54,914 nt of DNA, filler included, from Sluysia triapertura (GCA_046118255.1; 4 parts of 4 records of this genome joined end to end with filler, not necessarily neighbours in it), one strand, 5' to 3'. Shown: positions 36,386 to 50,444, counted from the whole stretch's first letter. Made by a program: numbers and translations. Notes: generated by a model not told the origin, from the letters alone.

Positions 36386-37300
36386 TATTAACTTAACTAA
36401 AATCTCTAATTTTATTAAACTTTAATAAATTAAATATATTTTTAAAAAATTTTCTTTTTAATTTCTTGTTATGTATTCTTAAGGATGTTCCATAAGCAAA
36501 TGGCTATACGGTGATTTTTTGAGAATGTGATTTTGCTAAGTTCTCTGCGAACTAAAAAATGTAAATTATTTTGAATCCTTTCGTATTACATTGGGAATTT
36601 AAGTATACTCTTTGTATTTGATCTTTGATTTCTTATTGCACGGCCTTTCCACAATTTAACTACCGTTTGATATATGTGCATCGGTGTGAATGTCCCATTT
36701 ATTATGTGCTGATTTTGTTATATATCAGAAATCATGAGTTGATCTAGCTCACTCTATATGTAAAATGAAATAATTATTTTTGAGTGATCAATCACGAACC
36801 GAGGAAACATTTTAGAAGGAATAACGTATTTTCCGAAACGAATTATGGAAGTCATGACGTGTTTGTTCCTGATTTGAAAGTGAGTTTTGCTATACGTTTT
36901 TCTTTTGAATTTGATATCTCAATGACATCGCTTTTATCGTACGGTTTCGAGTCACGGTCTACTACATTTCCGAAGCTGGCCCAAAATCGTCATTGGTTTT
37001 ACTTATTTTTATGAATTTAATATGGCGTTTTAAATTATTTGACTTCTTTTTTTATAAGGGTAATTATCATTTGAAATTTTTTAATAGAATGTTTTTAAAG
37101 TACGTTTCACTAATTTTTAAATTTGCAATGGTCATTTATGAGTTTGTTAGATTCTTTAGAAAAACTACTAACACTACGTATTACATGAATGTCATTCCAT
37201 ACAACATTTTCATTTACCATCAATTTACAATCATTGATAAACATATTTCTTAAATAGAGTAGTATCGATAAAATAGCAGTAATTTTTTTACTAATTATCA
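36317..37300 (-). mobile_element. Decayed CR1-like LINE 3' end with (TAA)n tail
   Basis: Minus-strand remnants KPYDKSDVIEI and HRIAICLWNIL (cf. RVVNLWNSLP), followed by the (TTA)n tract at 36317-36383 in tail position. Confidence 0.5.
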
Positions 37301-38959
37301 TAATTTGAAAATTCGATAAGCATTTAGTAAAGGTTTCATGCAAATAAATATTATGGAGATCATACTTCAATGTTTGAAAAATAATAAACTATTGCGTAAA
37401 TCAATGACATGATTCAAAGAAAATCGGCTAATTTCAACATACCACAGTAAAATTTACTATGTTCTTCTGTAATTCTATCAAAACTTTTAAGGATAAGCTA
37501 TAACATACTGCACAGATTTCGTATCATAATTTTCTAACTTAATTTCATTGACTGGTACCATTTTTCCATTATTTTCAAAAATTTTTCTCTTTGAAAGCAA
37601 GATATAATTTCATAACCAGATCTTTCTTTTTTGTTAACTTTAAAAATTTTAAACAGTTTTAAAAAACCATAATTACAATCATGTTAAAATTATAATACAC
37701 ACTAAAAAATCTTACTTTACTTTTACTTAATGCATTTTTACTTTACATGCTTTAACTAAATTTATCACAAGTCTTGTAGCATTAATTTTCTGGAAATAAA
37801 GCATAATATTTAATACATATGTCAAAGGTTCTGATCTTATCCCAAGGTAACAGAAGTTTGCACTCGTATTTTTTCAAGAAAATATGTAGGTTTTAATGAA
37901 CATGTAAGCATGATAACATCCACCACAACTAATGAATTGTACAGTTAATCTTCGGAGGATAACTGCTTTACTATACATAGTTAACAGGATCAAACATGTA
38001 AGAAGCATAAAAGGTTCTGCTTAAACATTTTTAATAATACATACATCTACATAACAAATTATAGGCGAAATTAGAATTTACGGCGATATCAACAAAAACA
38101 TCTGAATCATTTATAATCAATATAATTTGCATATTACTATGATTTTATATATTAATGATTCAGTTATTTTGAATTTTGTAAGTTGAGTGAAATGTGATGA
38201 AGTTATGAGATGGATGAAATGTTTAAAAATGAAGTTGAAGTGAGTTATATTTATGGGGTGTATCTAAGAACAAAAATGAGGTGTATAGCATTGACACCAC
38301 AAATGTCAGAAGAAATGATTCTAAATATTTGAGTTAAGGAAAAATAAATTATAATACTTTTATTACAAAATTCATGCAGTGATGGCACAAGAAAAGTTAC
38401 AAATCAAATATCAGTATAAAGAAGTTATCATGATCGTTATACTAAATTATAATTGATGAAAAGTCGTTAACCATTAATTTCTTACAAAGGATAAGTGAAT
38501 TAAATTTAATAATACCCCATAAAGTATTGTAATTTTTACAGATAATTATTGTATTTTGATGTTATTTATGCGATACATTATTTACATAATTAAATGTTAT
38601 AGCTCAAATTAGAATATTAAAGATAACTCATTAATAACACCCATCCGGAAAAATTTGATAGAAAAAAAACCATGTCATATTTTACAATATTAATTTGTAT
38701 CGTGAAAATATTTGTAATATTTTAAAACGTACATTATTAAATGCAGCTTTTAACTGATGCAACTGATCTTGATACTCCAAGATTTTCTGTTCCAAATTAT
38801 CATTGAATTCCTAAATAGAAATACTTTTGATATTATATGTCAAACAAATTCAGAACCCTTGAAGTTATGCTATACCTAGATTTTTAAACCAGTTCGAAAT
38901 AGTATTACTTAAAATTTATAAGTTTGAAAATATAATTTTTTGACTTAAGATAAAAATAA

Positions 38960-39200
38960 TCTTTATTCATTTTACAAAAGACAAGATTTAGTCAATCACA
39001 ATGCTTAAATGAGCAATTAATTTTCAAAAATTGCAGATGCAACAATCATAGATTATGTTAGACTTCATACAATGAACGGGATTGGGGTTCGAACCCTGGA
39101 ACAGCTCGTTGCACATTCCGATGCTACAATTACTGAGTAAATAGCTCATTGTTTTCATTAGTCTACATACAATTGCTTTAAGTGGCACGTTTTAGGTCTA
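38960..39200 (-). mobile_element. Repeat family T, copy 2 (more diverged), tRNA-like module at 39079-39148
   Basis: Minus strand gacctaaaacgtgccac leader, then gagctatttactcagtaattgtagc (A-box-like) and cagggttcgaacccc (B-box), then tatgaagt...aattgct as in copy 1, and a downstream AATAAA. Confidence 0.55.
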
Positions 39201-39731
39201 TATAATAATGTCTGTCATAAGTATGCGATAATATTTGTATTTATTCTTGTCTAAAAATGTCTAAAAATGAATGAGACCTTAAAGATATGTTGTAAGATGA
39301 AACGATGTCTAAGAATCATACAACAGAATATTACTTATGCAGGATTTTATTTGAAAATTAAAGTGAAAATGTTTTACCTTTATAAAATAACTTATAAAAT
39401 TTAAATCTTAAAATTCACTAACCTCGTTTTCCATGTCAGTTAATTTATCCCACAATACAGTACACATTCGCGCCATTTCACTGAAAGACCAATTTTCATT
39501 TAATGATTGATAATGCTCATGTTTCATGCGAGCGAATAACAAAAATTTGGAAGGATTAGATCTGAAATCAAGTGTTTAAAAAATGGCAATAAATTAAAAT
39601 ATATTCATTTTAATAACATGAAATATGTTCTCTTATCTACTCAAAGATAACCGCATTTCATTATAACATGTCGAAAACAGAACAGTGACTTCATAAATGT
39701 TTCACAATCTTAGAGTGATTTAGCATTTCTA

Positions 39732-40480
39732 TTCGGTTGGTGCATAAATTCGTGCGGCTTTATTTGTTGCAAAGAAAACACATCAACTTCTTGTTATAAC
39801 TGATTTGAGTTATTCATTCAGCTAAATTATCTATTTAAATCATTTAGACTGACTTTCACTTTTATTAGCCTCATTAAAATGGAGTGTCATGTAGATAAAA
39901 ATGAACATTTCCTGCATTTACTCCTTTTCTATTTTAATAAACATTTAAACTCAAAAACTTATGCGTTTGGTGGGATTAAGTTGGTGTTATTCATTTTACC
40001 AATCAATTAATGCCGAACTTTATTGTATACAACTCAAGCGAGTATAAACTGCAATCAAAACGAAGCAGATAGTTTTACAGCGTGACAATGCTCAACCTCA
40101 TGCTGCCACAATTACAAAATTGGCTATTGAAGAGCGTGCCTGACTTATTCGCCCGACTTAGCCCCAACGGATTTTCATCTTTTCTGCTCCATGTCGAACC
40201 ATCTTTCTGGTCTCACATTTGAAAACAAATAAGTAATAACAACGTGGATTGAAGAATTTTTCCACCAAAAATCACCAAACTTCTTCAAATGAGGGATTGA
40301 CAAAGTGATAGAACGGTTGAGGGAAGTGATCGATTGTGGCGGAGAATATCTCACCGATTGAGACTGCGATATTTATTTTTCCTAATAATGTAATAAATTT
40401 ATTTTGTTATCTGAAAATTTTTGCATGGTTCATTCTTGGTCAGTATGGATTTTTCATAATTGTAAAAAACCGCATGAAGT
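39732..40480 (+). mobile_element. DD34D mariner deletion derivative
   Basis: TA + TIR ttcggttggtgcataaattcgtgcgg (Hsmar1-like). MECHVDKNEHF starts at 39879; also CVWWD-like, QRDNAQPH, YSPDLAPTDFHLF and GIDKVIERLREVIDCGGEYLTD* (stop 40359-40361). Partial right TIR aaaaccgcatgaa. Confidence 0.92.
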
Positions 40481-41094
40481 TACATTTTTTGAAGCATAAG
40501 GATGTAACCTAGCACATATATCACTATCACAGTCGATTCTGTATAAATTGTCATATCTTTATTTAAATTCTCATACATATTTTTAGTACCACCAAGAGAT
40601 ATTCAGCACTTTGAATTAAACTTTCTTTTACTACTAACCAGTGCCATTATTTTAGATAAGGTGTTACATGAAATCTCCTTTTATATTTAAAAATTATTGC
40701 TGATTCATTCAATAATTATAACTTTCGCACTTTTTGATTTAGCTATATTTTTCTTTACTAACATTGAACAATTAGTTTTACCGCATCACATTAATTACTT
40801 TTCTAATATTTTCTTCAGTGGTATATACTTTTCTTCCATTTTCATCCATGTAGCGTCGTACATTTCCTCAATGTATGTTATAAATTTTGTGGGAAAACTT
40901 CACAAAATTCAATACATTAAAATACATAATTACAAACATTTTCCAACCCATACTTATTCAATGTGAATCATTATTAAATAATCTTCATTTTACGCTACAC
41001 TTACTTTATAAATGATATAATGCAAACCAGTAACAACAATTTGTGATTGTTTATTATCAAAAAAATTAACGCACATTTTTACTGTGACTAAAAA

Positions 41095-41692
41095 TTAACA
41101 TTTAAATAACCTAAAATTTAAAATGTACAAATAAAGAACTCACTTTTTTCTTTTATTTCTAATACCATTACGAAACTTCTGTCGATTATCTCTAATTTGA
41201 TTGTATATCTAAATGTTTAATTTAGGTATCCATAATTTTAAAACCTACGTTAAGTATCGATTGTTTTTCGTCGATTTGAAAAGACTCATCTTCACTACTA
41301 ATGTCACCAAGAGGCTCTAAAGATCCATCTGAACGAACTCTTGGAGTTCGTTTTCCATTTTTATTTATCGTACCGTTTATGTTCTTAACAAATTCTTTAT
41401 AAAATCAATAACTATTATACTTGTTGATTTTTCTTCCATTCGGCATACTAAAATAAAATAAATTTACTTACAGTAATTTAAATCAAACATTTAAAGGTAC
41501 TGAAGAATGAAAAGGTTCGACATCTTCTTGATCTAAATCAACATTGTCATACTGTTCAACATTGTCATTATATTGTTCACCTTCGTCATCAGATTCTGAT
41601 AAATACGTAGTTATTACAGGCATTCGTTTTTTATTATCTATCTATTATAAAAGAAAAGTATTTTAAGCATGATTTATTAATTTTACTTCCAT
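41095..41692 (-). CDS. Putative 133-aa orphan protein (acidic N-half, basic C-terminus), six exons: 41692-41687, 41641-41489, 41447-41421, 41383-41249, 41208-41144, 41110-41095
   Basis: Five GT-AG introns of 45, 41, 37, 40 and 33 nt give a stop-free frame: ME|IDNKKRMPVITTYLSESDDEGEQYNDNVEQYDNVDLDQEDVEPFHSSVPLN|YAEWKKNQQ|NINGTINKNGKRTPRVRSDGSLEPLGDISSEDESFQIDEKQSILN|IYNQIRDNRQKFRNGIRNKRKK|LFKC*. The intron sizes match the 36-nt AdipoR intron. Confidence 0.55.
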
Positions 41693-42902
41693 ATTTAACA
41701 AAATTCAAAAATATTTACATGGCAATTTACATAAAAATAACTACTTATTAAAAAAATCACTAAAAATAAAAATTACATAATGAATTCTTCAAAGTTAAAA
41801 TAAGATGTAGCACGAAATATATGGAATAAAAATTAAATGTATTTTGTTAAATATTCACAAATTTAAGTCAACAATTATTATGAATACTTTTACTTAAAAT
41901 GGATTCTTAGATAGTTAGTAAAACAAATATATTTTGGATAAATACTTTTTAATAAAAGAATAAAATTGTTAAATAGCTTTTGTTTTTAATAAATTACTTT
42001 AAAAATGTGTATGTAATTTTTTGTTTCTTAAGTTTTTATGTAATATAATCTAATTTACAGAAAAATAAAATAATATAGTTTTTAAAGAATTTAAAGCAGC
42101 TTTTTTAATATAAAAACCAATTATTTTTAGAGCTGTTTTAATGAAACTCATTTTAAATTCTGTTTTCATATAAATCTTTAGTTTTCTGGAATAGTTACTC
42201 TTGGAGAACAAATAAATTTTCAATCAAAATTACTAATTAAAAAATAAATTTTATTCTTTTGCACGATATAATATTCCAAAGTATTTACAAAAGTAGGATT
42301 AAGTGTTTTTGAGCCTTTTATTACAAAATTTGGAACTTAATGGATTAAATAATTGTATTTTTTAAATTATGTTTTTTAATTAGATTTTATAATTTAAAAT
42401 TAAATATGTTTCAGTGTTTAAGCATTAATAAAGTATGTATAAAATTGATGCTTCAAATTCAAATATATAGTTGAACTTGGCATGCAACGTACCGCTGACA
42501 CACAACGTATCTCTATTTCATTAATATTATCCTTAATTTAAGTTAATAAGTTGCATTAGTGATGGAGTATTCATGCAATAATGTTATTAAATTTCGATTT
42601 AATTATGTTGAAAAGATAAAGGCGTTATCTTTGTTAATTATAAAAGAAATTGGCCACAGGCGGAAATTACTACTGGAATTTAATCATTAAAACTGGTCTG
42701 CCTATGACCCACTAATAAGAATGAATAGTTTAATTTCCGTCTTGTCCAATTTACAATTTCCTAAACCATAGTCCAACTACTATATAAACATTTGGATTTA
42801 TGTAGAAAACGCACAAAAGAAAGACAAAGGAAAAATTGAAAAATTTTTGCGTGAAGTAGGCTGCCTCAATCCATTTGTGCAAAACAGTAAGAATGAGGTT
42901 TA

Positions 42903-43002
42903 NNNNNNNNNNNNNNNNNNNNNNNNNNNNNNNNNNNNNNNNNNNNTTAATTAATTAANNNNNNNNNNNNNNNNNNNNNNNNNNNNNNNNNNNNNNNNNN
43001 NN
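42903..43002. other. Assembly gap with TTAATTAATTAA spacer
   Basis: N44-TTAATTAATTAA-N44. Confidence 0.97.
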
Positions 43003-43385
43003 TATAATTAAATTAATTAACAAATGTACTTTAATATTTTAACAGATAAAACCTTGTAAAGGGTTATTTCTTCGTATTTCTCATTATTTTATCTTGATTT
43101 AAATATTTTATATGCTTATCCTACTATTACAGTTCATCATAATACCTTATCTTAGTTATTTAATAACGTTCACCTTATTCTGTTATCCTAAGTTTTGACC
43201 CTTATATCAACTCTTATCCTTCACTAATCCCAACAAGTATATAGAAGATAGATTTGTGAATGTTAAAGTGTTTAAAGAAATACATTAATTTTTAATAAAA
43301 CTTTAATGGTTGTGCAGGTTGACCACCACAAATATCTACGAAGCGCCACTAGAATTACAATTACAAAATATTATATAAATTAAAA

Positions 43386-43745
43386 ATGCAAATTAAAATC
43401 AGTTATCAAAAGACAAATCAAATTAAGATCTTGCAAAACTTCTGTACTCCGACCAATATTAAAGCCTACATCACAACTTACAATAGTAATAATCTTTTTA
43501 CGAATTCTGAAAGTTCCATAAATAAAATTATGTTCATGCAACATCATAGTGTTTACCGAAAAAACTAATACTAGCTGCGGTAGAATATTCAATTACTTTG
43601 CATGTAAGCTTTAATTATTAAAAGTTTACAACTAACACTTCTTTTAATAACATAAACATTAATACGTTTATACACAATTCGCACAACAATTCCAATTGGT
43701 TATAGCCGACCATTCTATGTTAAACACATATTAAACAAATTCTGT
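43386..43745 (+). mobile_element. Possible decayed Penelope-like RT thumb region
   Basis: SVYRK..NT..GRIFNY (cf. VYRKPTxTGxYLN) and IGYSRPFYVKHILNKF (cf. NGYPxxFI). Confidence 0.4.
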
Positions 43746-43939
43746 GTCACTTGTAAAATATAATAGACGTTAGTAAAATTTATAATAAGTTTTTTGGCGT
43801 TAATGACGTTTCTATTGGCATCAGTCATAATGAAAAGACGACTCATATCTGGGAATCGTAAAATATAGAAGTTCATAAGTTTTTTCTTTAAATTCTAAAA
43901 ATGTTTTATACTTCTATAGATTCGCATATATATATATAT

Positions 43940-44480
43940 TGTAAGAAACGAGTTAGAATAAATATATATTAACAAAATTAACGTGAGTTCACCAACTTAC
44001 TGGACTTACCAACGAGGGCCAGCCGTTGGATTTTAACGTAAGAAAAATGATACTTAACTGTAAACTATGAGGATTTTATTAACTCCCTAGTTCTGGAGGT
44101 AAATTCTTGAAAATTTAGTTATGTAACAAATTTAATCAATTGAATTATAAGGTTACGTGGATTCCGTTATATGGAATCAGAAAAAAATAGATTTTACTAA
44201 CTAGAATTAACTTCTAGTATGGGAAAACTTCTAAGCAATTAATTTTAAGATTTTGAAACTACAATAATGAAAATTGAACAAAAATTGAACACTTTATTAG
44301 CAAAATTAACGTATATAATAGATAAAAGAGTAATTAATATAATAGTAAGTATAAAATTTACGTATAACTAAATATAATTAGTTTGTTCACAATCGTAATA
44401 AGATTTTATAAAATATTTTTCTCTAGATCTTTATTAGATCCCAATTATTAGCAATGATTTTAATTGTATTTTGCTTACGA
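43940..44480. repeat. Repeat family C, copy 2 (solo LTR-like, TGTAAG...CTTACG termini)
   Basis: Blocks shared with 13105-13630; near-inverted termini tgtaag / cttacga. Confidence 0.8.
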
Positions 44481-44599
44481 TATTCAGTGAATATCTTGCC
44501 TTATAAAAAATTAAGCTAACATGATCCTAAACGAATTGAATGATCCGTGCAATGTCTTGAACAAAATCGATTCTCGAACAAAATTAAAATTTACAAACA

Positions 44600-45760
44600 A
44601 GTTTTATTGTGTTTGATACATTTTCATTGAGGTATTTATAGTTGTTTTAATCTGACCTTAGAAGCTGACGTTTTGTACGATTTTGTCCTGATAGATAGTG
44701 ATGATCTGACTTTGCCAAACTGGCACAGATCTGTATATAATCCAAAAGAAAGTTCATTCTCTTATAACTTCATAAAATTAAGATCAAGTTCATGTTACTT
44801 ATCAAAATGTGTAAGATCAATTGAGAAATTTTAATTGAGAATTATTTAGATTGCGGTTTCGTTCAACCAAATGAAGACTTACAAAATAGGTTTATTTTAT
44901 CCGAGAGTTCGTCATTATATGTGCCATTCAAATTTGTCAACGGAGTTAATGTGTCCGACCCTCAGATAGAATATAACTTACAATTTAGCTATACATGTTC
45001 TATCGATAAAGGCACGTTAATAAAATATAATGAATCCAAGTTTGGAATTGATGTATTCTTGTGTCTCAAAATGTTAAACACTTATTCAACAAATAATCAT
45101 ACGAAACATAATACGTATTATGGATTTCGCACAGCGTTGGCGATTGATTAAAATTCTACAAATGATAAAGCGGATGAAGTATGCGTCAATTTCATATCCG
45201 AACAAAACTTTAGTTCTAAAAGTTTAAAATAAATTCTAAATTGAATGAATCTTGTATGATCACGTACAAATTAATACAGCGACAGATTTATAGCGATAAA
45301 TGAGAACCTAATTATACCGATTCCCATTAATCTATTACTATCATCATACTTAATAATCGATATTGATTTATTCTCCATGACAAGTAAAGCCCATGCTTCA
45401 CGACCCAATAGTATTATCAAATATTATATTAACAATAATATCTTAAGAACAAAGTTTTTCGAGCTATATTCAATTAAAATAAAATATTTTAATTAGGAGT
45501 TTATGATTATCTTAAGGCCAGCCTTGAACATTTGATCAATTTACGTATATTTTGTTGCTCCAACAAAAAAGGAGAATATAACTTAACATAAACAAACTTA
45601 CTGTTTAATCTAATAACAATTATTCGAGTTTATTGTCTGTATTTGTTGTGCTCGAATATTGGAATATTTTGTTTATCGTCGATTTCAATGTACAAAATGT
45701 GGAAAAATCAAATAACGACTTGGATTTAATATCATCGTGACCAAAACTTTAATAAATGAT
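44600..45760 (+). mobile_element. Highly decayed CR1-like RT region
   Basis: Collinear remnants LPNWHRSV..P, FSYTCSIDKGTLIKY...FGID..L..LNTY.TN (cf. FSKAFDSVDH..LL.KL..YGI.G.LL.W..SYL.NR) and RILEY. Confidence 0.35.
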
Positions 45761-48449
45761 TTTGAATGATTTTTTGTCTTGACTTTTATACTATTAATAT
45801 TTCCATTAACTCATACATTAATTTAATAGATTCATAACTTCAATTTTTTAACAAAATGTATTAATTCTTTTAACAAAATACATTAGTCTCTAATGGATAC
45901 ATTAACTTTTTTAAAACAAAATATTCCATCCATTAGCAAAATATAATTTTATTTATTCAATAAGGGAATTTTTTAATTTCATTATTAGATTTAATAATTT
46001 TGTAATAATTTGTAATTTTTAAATAAATTAAATAAGTTATATTGAAATATACACAATTAATATTCGTAATAAATAAATAAAGTGTAATAAGATACATAAA
46101 ATTAGTAATAAATAAATAGGAAATATACAATTAGTCTCTCACAAAATTTATCTTTAATATTGGCAACAATGACATTATTTCACAAATATTTTAAAGATTT
46201 CAACCACTGTGTAAGGTTACTCAAAAGTTTTAATTGCTTATCAAGGTCTCAAAGATTCTTAAACTTTACTGAGATCTTAGGTGATCTAAGGTTCACAAGT
46301 TCAAGGGCCTCTAAATGCTTCTAGAGGTTCTCCAAACCCACCTCAAGCGTCCACAAGGTCTAAATTCCTTACAAAGGTCTTTGAAACTCTAAGCTATTAT
46401 TCAATACCTAGAAGTTTTCATCTTCATCATTCTTACTTCAACAATATCTAATCAGTCTCCCTTCATTTTATATTAATTATTCCTACATTTTCAATTCCAC
46501 ATTCTCCTTGTTTATTTCTTATTCAACGATTGGATAATCCCAACATCTCAGGTATAATTACTGCAACATTGATCGAACAGCTGGCACAATTTGATCCGAA
46601 AAGCTGTAATCAACTGAAATCCATTAACAAAATCAATTCACCAAAAAAGATGAAGTTTCATCCAACATTTCATTTTTATATTGGTTATCCAGGATATACA
46701 AGAAAATTAGACTTTATAACATTATCCACAAATACTTACATCACAAAAAATCCCAATACTTATAAATAGCAAAAGATTCGGAAATCAAAATGAATACTAT
46801 TAAGACAAAAAAGCACTTTACGAAGAAACTGGATGATGGTATACGCATTTCAATCAAAAGTAAACTACCAGATTCCGCAGAATATCAGATCACCAAAATG
46901 ATATGAAATAGTTAAATTCCTTTATCAATAAAATTATGAATGTTCTTAATGCTGCATAATATAAAATTAATTTAATTGCTTTTGGTATAACTTTGTCCAA
47001 TTTTATATATTTGTTCAATAAAATATAAAACAAATACTACTGTAACCTTCAAAAAGTCCTTTGTCTATAAGTTGACAATAAAAATCATTAAAATTGCGAA
47101 GATAATATTTATTACGATAATGAATAATTTATTAAACCACATTTGTAAACGATTCTAATACTTTACTAAAATTTGGTCAAAATGATGTCAATGTTCTCAG
47201 AAAGATTGGGTAGTATGGGGCATTTTAGAAAGTGCTTGTTTATGTATCAATAGTTGAAAGAAAGAAAAGAGACAACGCTCATAATATCTTCAAATCGACC
47301 AGGTTATTTGTTTTCATTTGAGATGAGAATGTATCATGTTAAATTATGAAAAAAACCAATCCGAACTTATAAGAGAGAAAATTTCAAAAATCAAAATGAC
47401 AAAAATTAGTATGACATGTCACAGAAATCCAATAACATTGATGATAGATTTACTTTAAGAAGTCATAAGAATTCTCTGGTAAATTGTTGTGTTTTTTGAA
47501 ATTAGTAAGTGTTCCAGGTATTGCGATACACATTTAAACAAATGAATACCAGTTGATGTTAGACTCTGAAATTAATATCGGAATGTATATAAATCAGTTT
47601 AGTGTATTGAAATTAATGTGAGTTGGATCGATGGAGATTATTACGATGAAAAGTTAAGGAATAACTGATATACCGCATATTGAAGTGGCGAAATAAAAAT
47701 AACGCATTATGTAGAGTAACTGTATGTGCTGATTTGTTAGATCAAAGTTTAAAAGGAAGAATTAGTACTGCCTAAAGAATTAAATAATGTGAGTGTAATC
47801 TTCAATGTGAATGTTATAGATGCTATTGTTTTCTTATACTTTAATAATTAATTATTTAATTCTAAAGGTCCGCTTACGATGTACTCTTTAATCCTATGTA
47901 AACGCACTCGTAAGTCACAGCACGTAGACCTATAAACTAAACTAAAAAACTTTCCTTATATTTAAAATATATGCAAAAGAAATAACAAAATTATGAGAAC
48001 TTTGAAATGTTTTTTGAACAAATTACTTAGAAATTTTATGCTATGCAAGTATGACTTTCTTTTCTTTAATTTCTAAAAGATGATCTTCAATACTACACGA
48101 ATTGATATTTCTCTGTCTAATTCTTCTTCTATTTATTTATTATCAAATCTGATCCCTTAACAACTTCTTACTATCTCAACTTAAATATTATAACTTCAAC
48201 TTTATTATTACGACAAGTGTATACTCTTTACAAACATTTACTTCTTAACTACGTCTATTTTATTCTTCAATTATACAACTTAATAATATCTTTAAATTAA
48301 TCAATTCAAGCAATAAGATGTTAAAAAACTAATAAATATATTATTAAAAGAAAAATACCAATTATAGAAAATAATAAAAGTAAAATAAATTATTATTATA
48401 ATTAGAAATATATTTCTAAAGCAATAATGCAGTATTTTAAGACTATTTT

Positions 48450-48780
48450 ATGTTTAGTGGAAAACCAAACGTGTACTTTAAGTGGTAATATTTTATCTCC
48501 TAACAGAGATTAACCTTAACATAAAAAGCTTACTCATATTTTGATAAATTTAAATGAGGTTTTTGTATTCGCTCAGGAAATCGGTTACTCAATAGCTCCA
48601 ATTATCTCTGATGAAATCGCGTTAGAAAATTATAATTAAACTACCAAGTTAACTAATCTGCCAAGTAGAAATTCTAATTATCGCCGACGGGATTGCTTTA
48701 CCAAATTACCATTAATCAAATTACAATTATCTCCTAAAATCTGCGAAGTAAACTCTTTTTATTATTCAGACAATGAATCG
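48450..48780 (+). mobile_element. Possible BEL/Pao gag remnant
   Basis: MFSGKPNVYFKW (cf. FxGxPxxYxxW) and IAPIISDEIALENYN (cf. I....NY..A). Confidence 0.3.
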
Positions 48781-48999
48781 TGATTATCCCCAGTAAGTAA
48801 TGATTACTAATATTATTAATATTTATTTAGATTTTTAGGTTACCAATTAATAAAAAAGAATGTATCAAGTAAGCTTGTTATTAATATTTATTTTTAGAAA
48901 TCTAAGGTTAAATAAGGTTAGTCTGATTAATTATTTTTATTATTATTATTTTATTTATATTTTAAAATTTAGAATTTTGTGTCCTGACACAGAAAAGTT

Positions 49000-49400
49000 A
49001 TTGGTTTGGAAGTAAATGAATATAGTAATATTAAAAGGAAATGACAATTATAAACATTAGACAGATGATGACAATTTAGACTGGAAAATGATAAATGAAT
49101 AGTGATATGAAAATTATAAGATAAATTTTCAACAAGACAAATTACGAATTATTGAGAACTGATAAGATATTAGTGGTTGACATAAGACCGCTAAATCAAT
49201 TCCAAAATCACATGTGAACAAAATTTCCGAGAATGATAAATGAAATCAGATAATTGCTTAATAGCTGAACTAAAAGATGAGTAAAGGCAACTTAATGTTA
49301 CAGAAATATCAATAAGCAGTTAATGGATGAAAGCGGTATTATATTAAAGGGTGCACCAAGAAATACATCAAAAATTGTTAAATGAGATTTAAAAAATCAG
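49000..49400 (+). mobile_element. Possible Gypsy pol remnant upstream of the integrase Zn finger
   Basis: DESGIILKG / QEIHQKLLNEI (cf. DGxLLKGxRxVIPxxLxxxILxxLH). Confidence 0.3.
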
Positions 49401-50444
49401 TAACTACTAAGGAACTAGTAATATTATGCTTCCCATTTTAGCTAAATTCTTAATTTATAATAAAGGGTAAATAATGGATAATAAAATAACATTAAAAATA
49501 GTAGTAATAATGATAACAATAAAGTTAATATAATAATAATAATGTAATTATAATAATGTTAATAATAATTATTATTGTGTAAATGCAATAATAATATTAA
49601 TACAATAATAAAGTACCCAAGGTCATTAACTTAAAAAAATTGTCATTTCTAAAAGACTTTTAAGGTCAAATGTGAATACCTGGTTACATAATTGTACCAT
49701 TCTTCAAACATTTGACATAAAAATGCTCATAATAATAATAACCTTTTTAAAAAAGAATTAAACATTTTAAGAAGTTTCCAAAATTGTTAAAATAATCATT
49801 TTCACGTTTGGCAATGAATTTATAATTTGGTATTGAAAAGAACTTACCCATTTAGGACATAGTTGAGATTAATTTTGAGTTTTTATGATACGTTTTGACG
49901 CAGTTTAAAGGGCGTCATAAAATAAAACTTAAAATCATTTTGTAATTATGAATTTTTAAATTTCTTCTTTAAATAAGCAAATTATAATATAACTATATCA
50001 TCTTGGTATATTCTTCAGGTTTATTATAAAAATATTAATTTATCATTATTGAATCCCTTTAAAATTACACACCTTTACGTTCTCATTTTAAATAAAGGTG
50101 CAAACTTTCACGTTAACCCAATATCAAACAACATTAAAGTATGTTTCCGTTGAATTAATATAAATCTAAAATTTTGAGCATTACAAACTAACTTCGAACT
50201 AGATTTATTATTACAGCATCATTGCATAAAATTATTTGATCTCCATTTTCTTTATAAAATTGTTATAAATCCTGTGGGCTAGCTATTTAATATAAAACTT
50301 TGATTACATGCGAACTCATTAGGTTAAATTTGTCATTTAAAATCATAGGTTTCTTTCATTATATTAAAATCAATAGAACCTCCTTTAATACTGTTATGAA
50401 AGTATTAATAATATATTAAATAATATTAAATAAATAATAATATT

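Noticed and set aside
35203-36391. ORFs with poly-Ile or poly-Leu (35203-35403, 36188-36391; also 21725-21967 and 30497-30745)
   Set aside because: These are translations of (ATT)n/(TTA)n microsatellites and AT-rich low-complexity DNA.
40790-40870. Minus-strand RRYMDENGRKVYTTEE resembling Nop10 or DUF1764 motifs
   Set aside because: The similarity is too short and the downstream conserved motifs are absent.
41405-41485. TGA recoding (Sec/Trp) suggested by two in-frame TGAs when the 24-nt intron is used
   Set aside because: An alternative splice model with 41- and 37-nt introns removes both stops, and there is no other evidence for a variant code in the window.
46530-46900. GIY-YIG endonuclease (FYIGYPGYTRKL)
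   Set aside because: Only a YIG-like tripeptide is present; the upstream GxY and CxxC and the downstream R..EH are not recognisable.
49620-50400. Possible decayed MULE-like transposase on the minus strand
   Set aside because: The composition looks coding-like, but no catalytic motif could be recognised with confidence.
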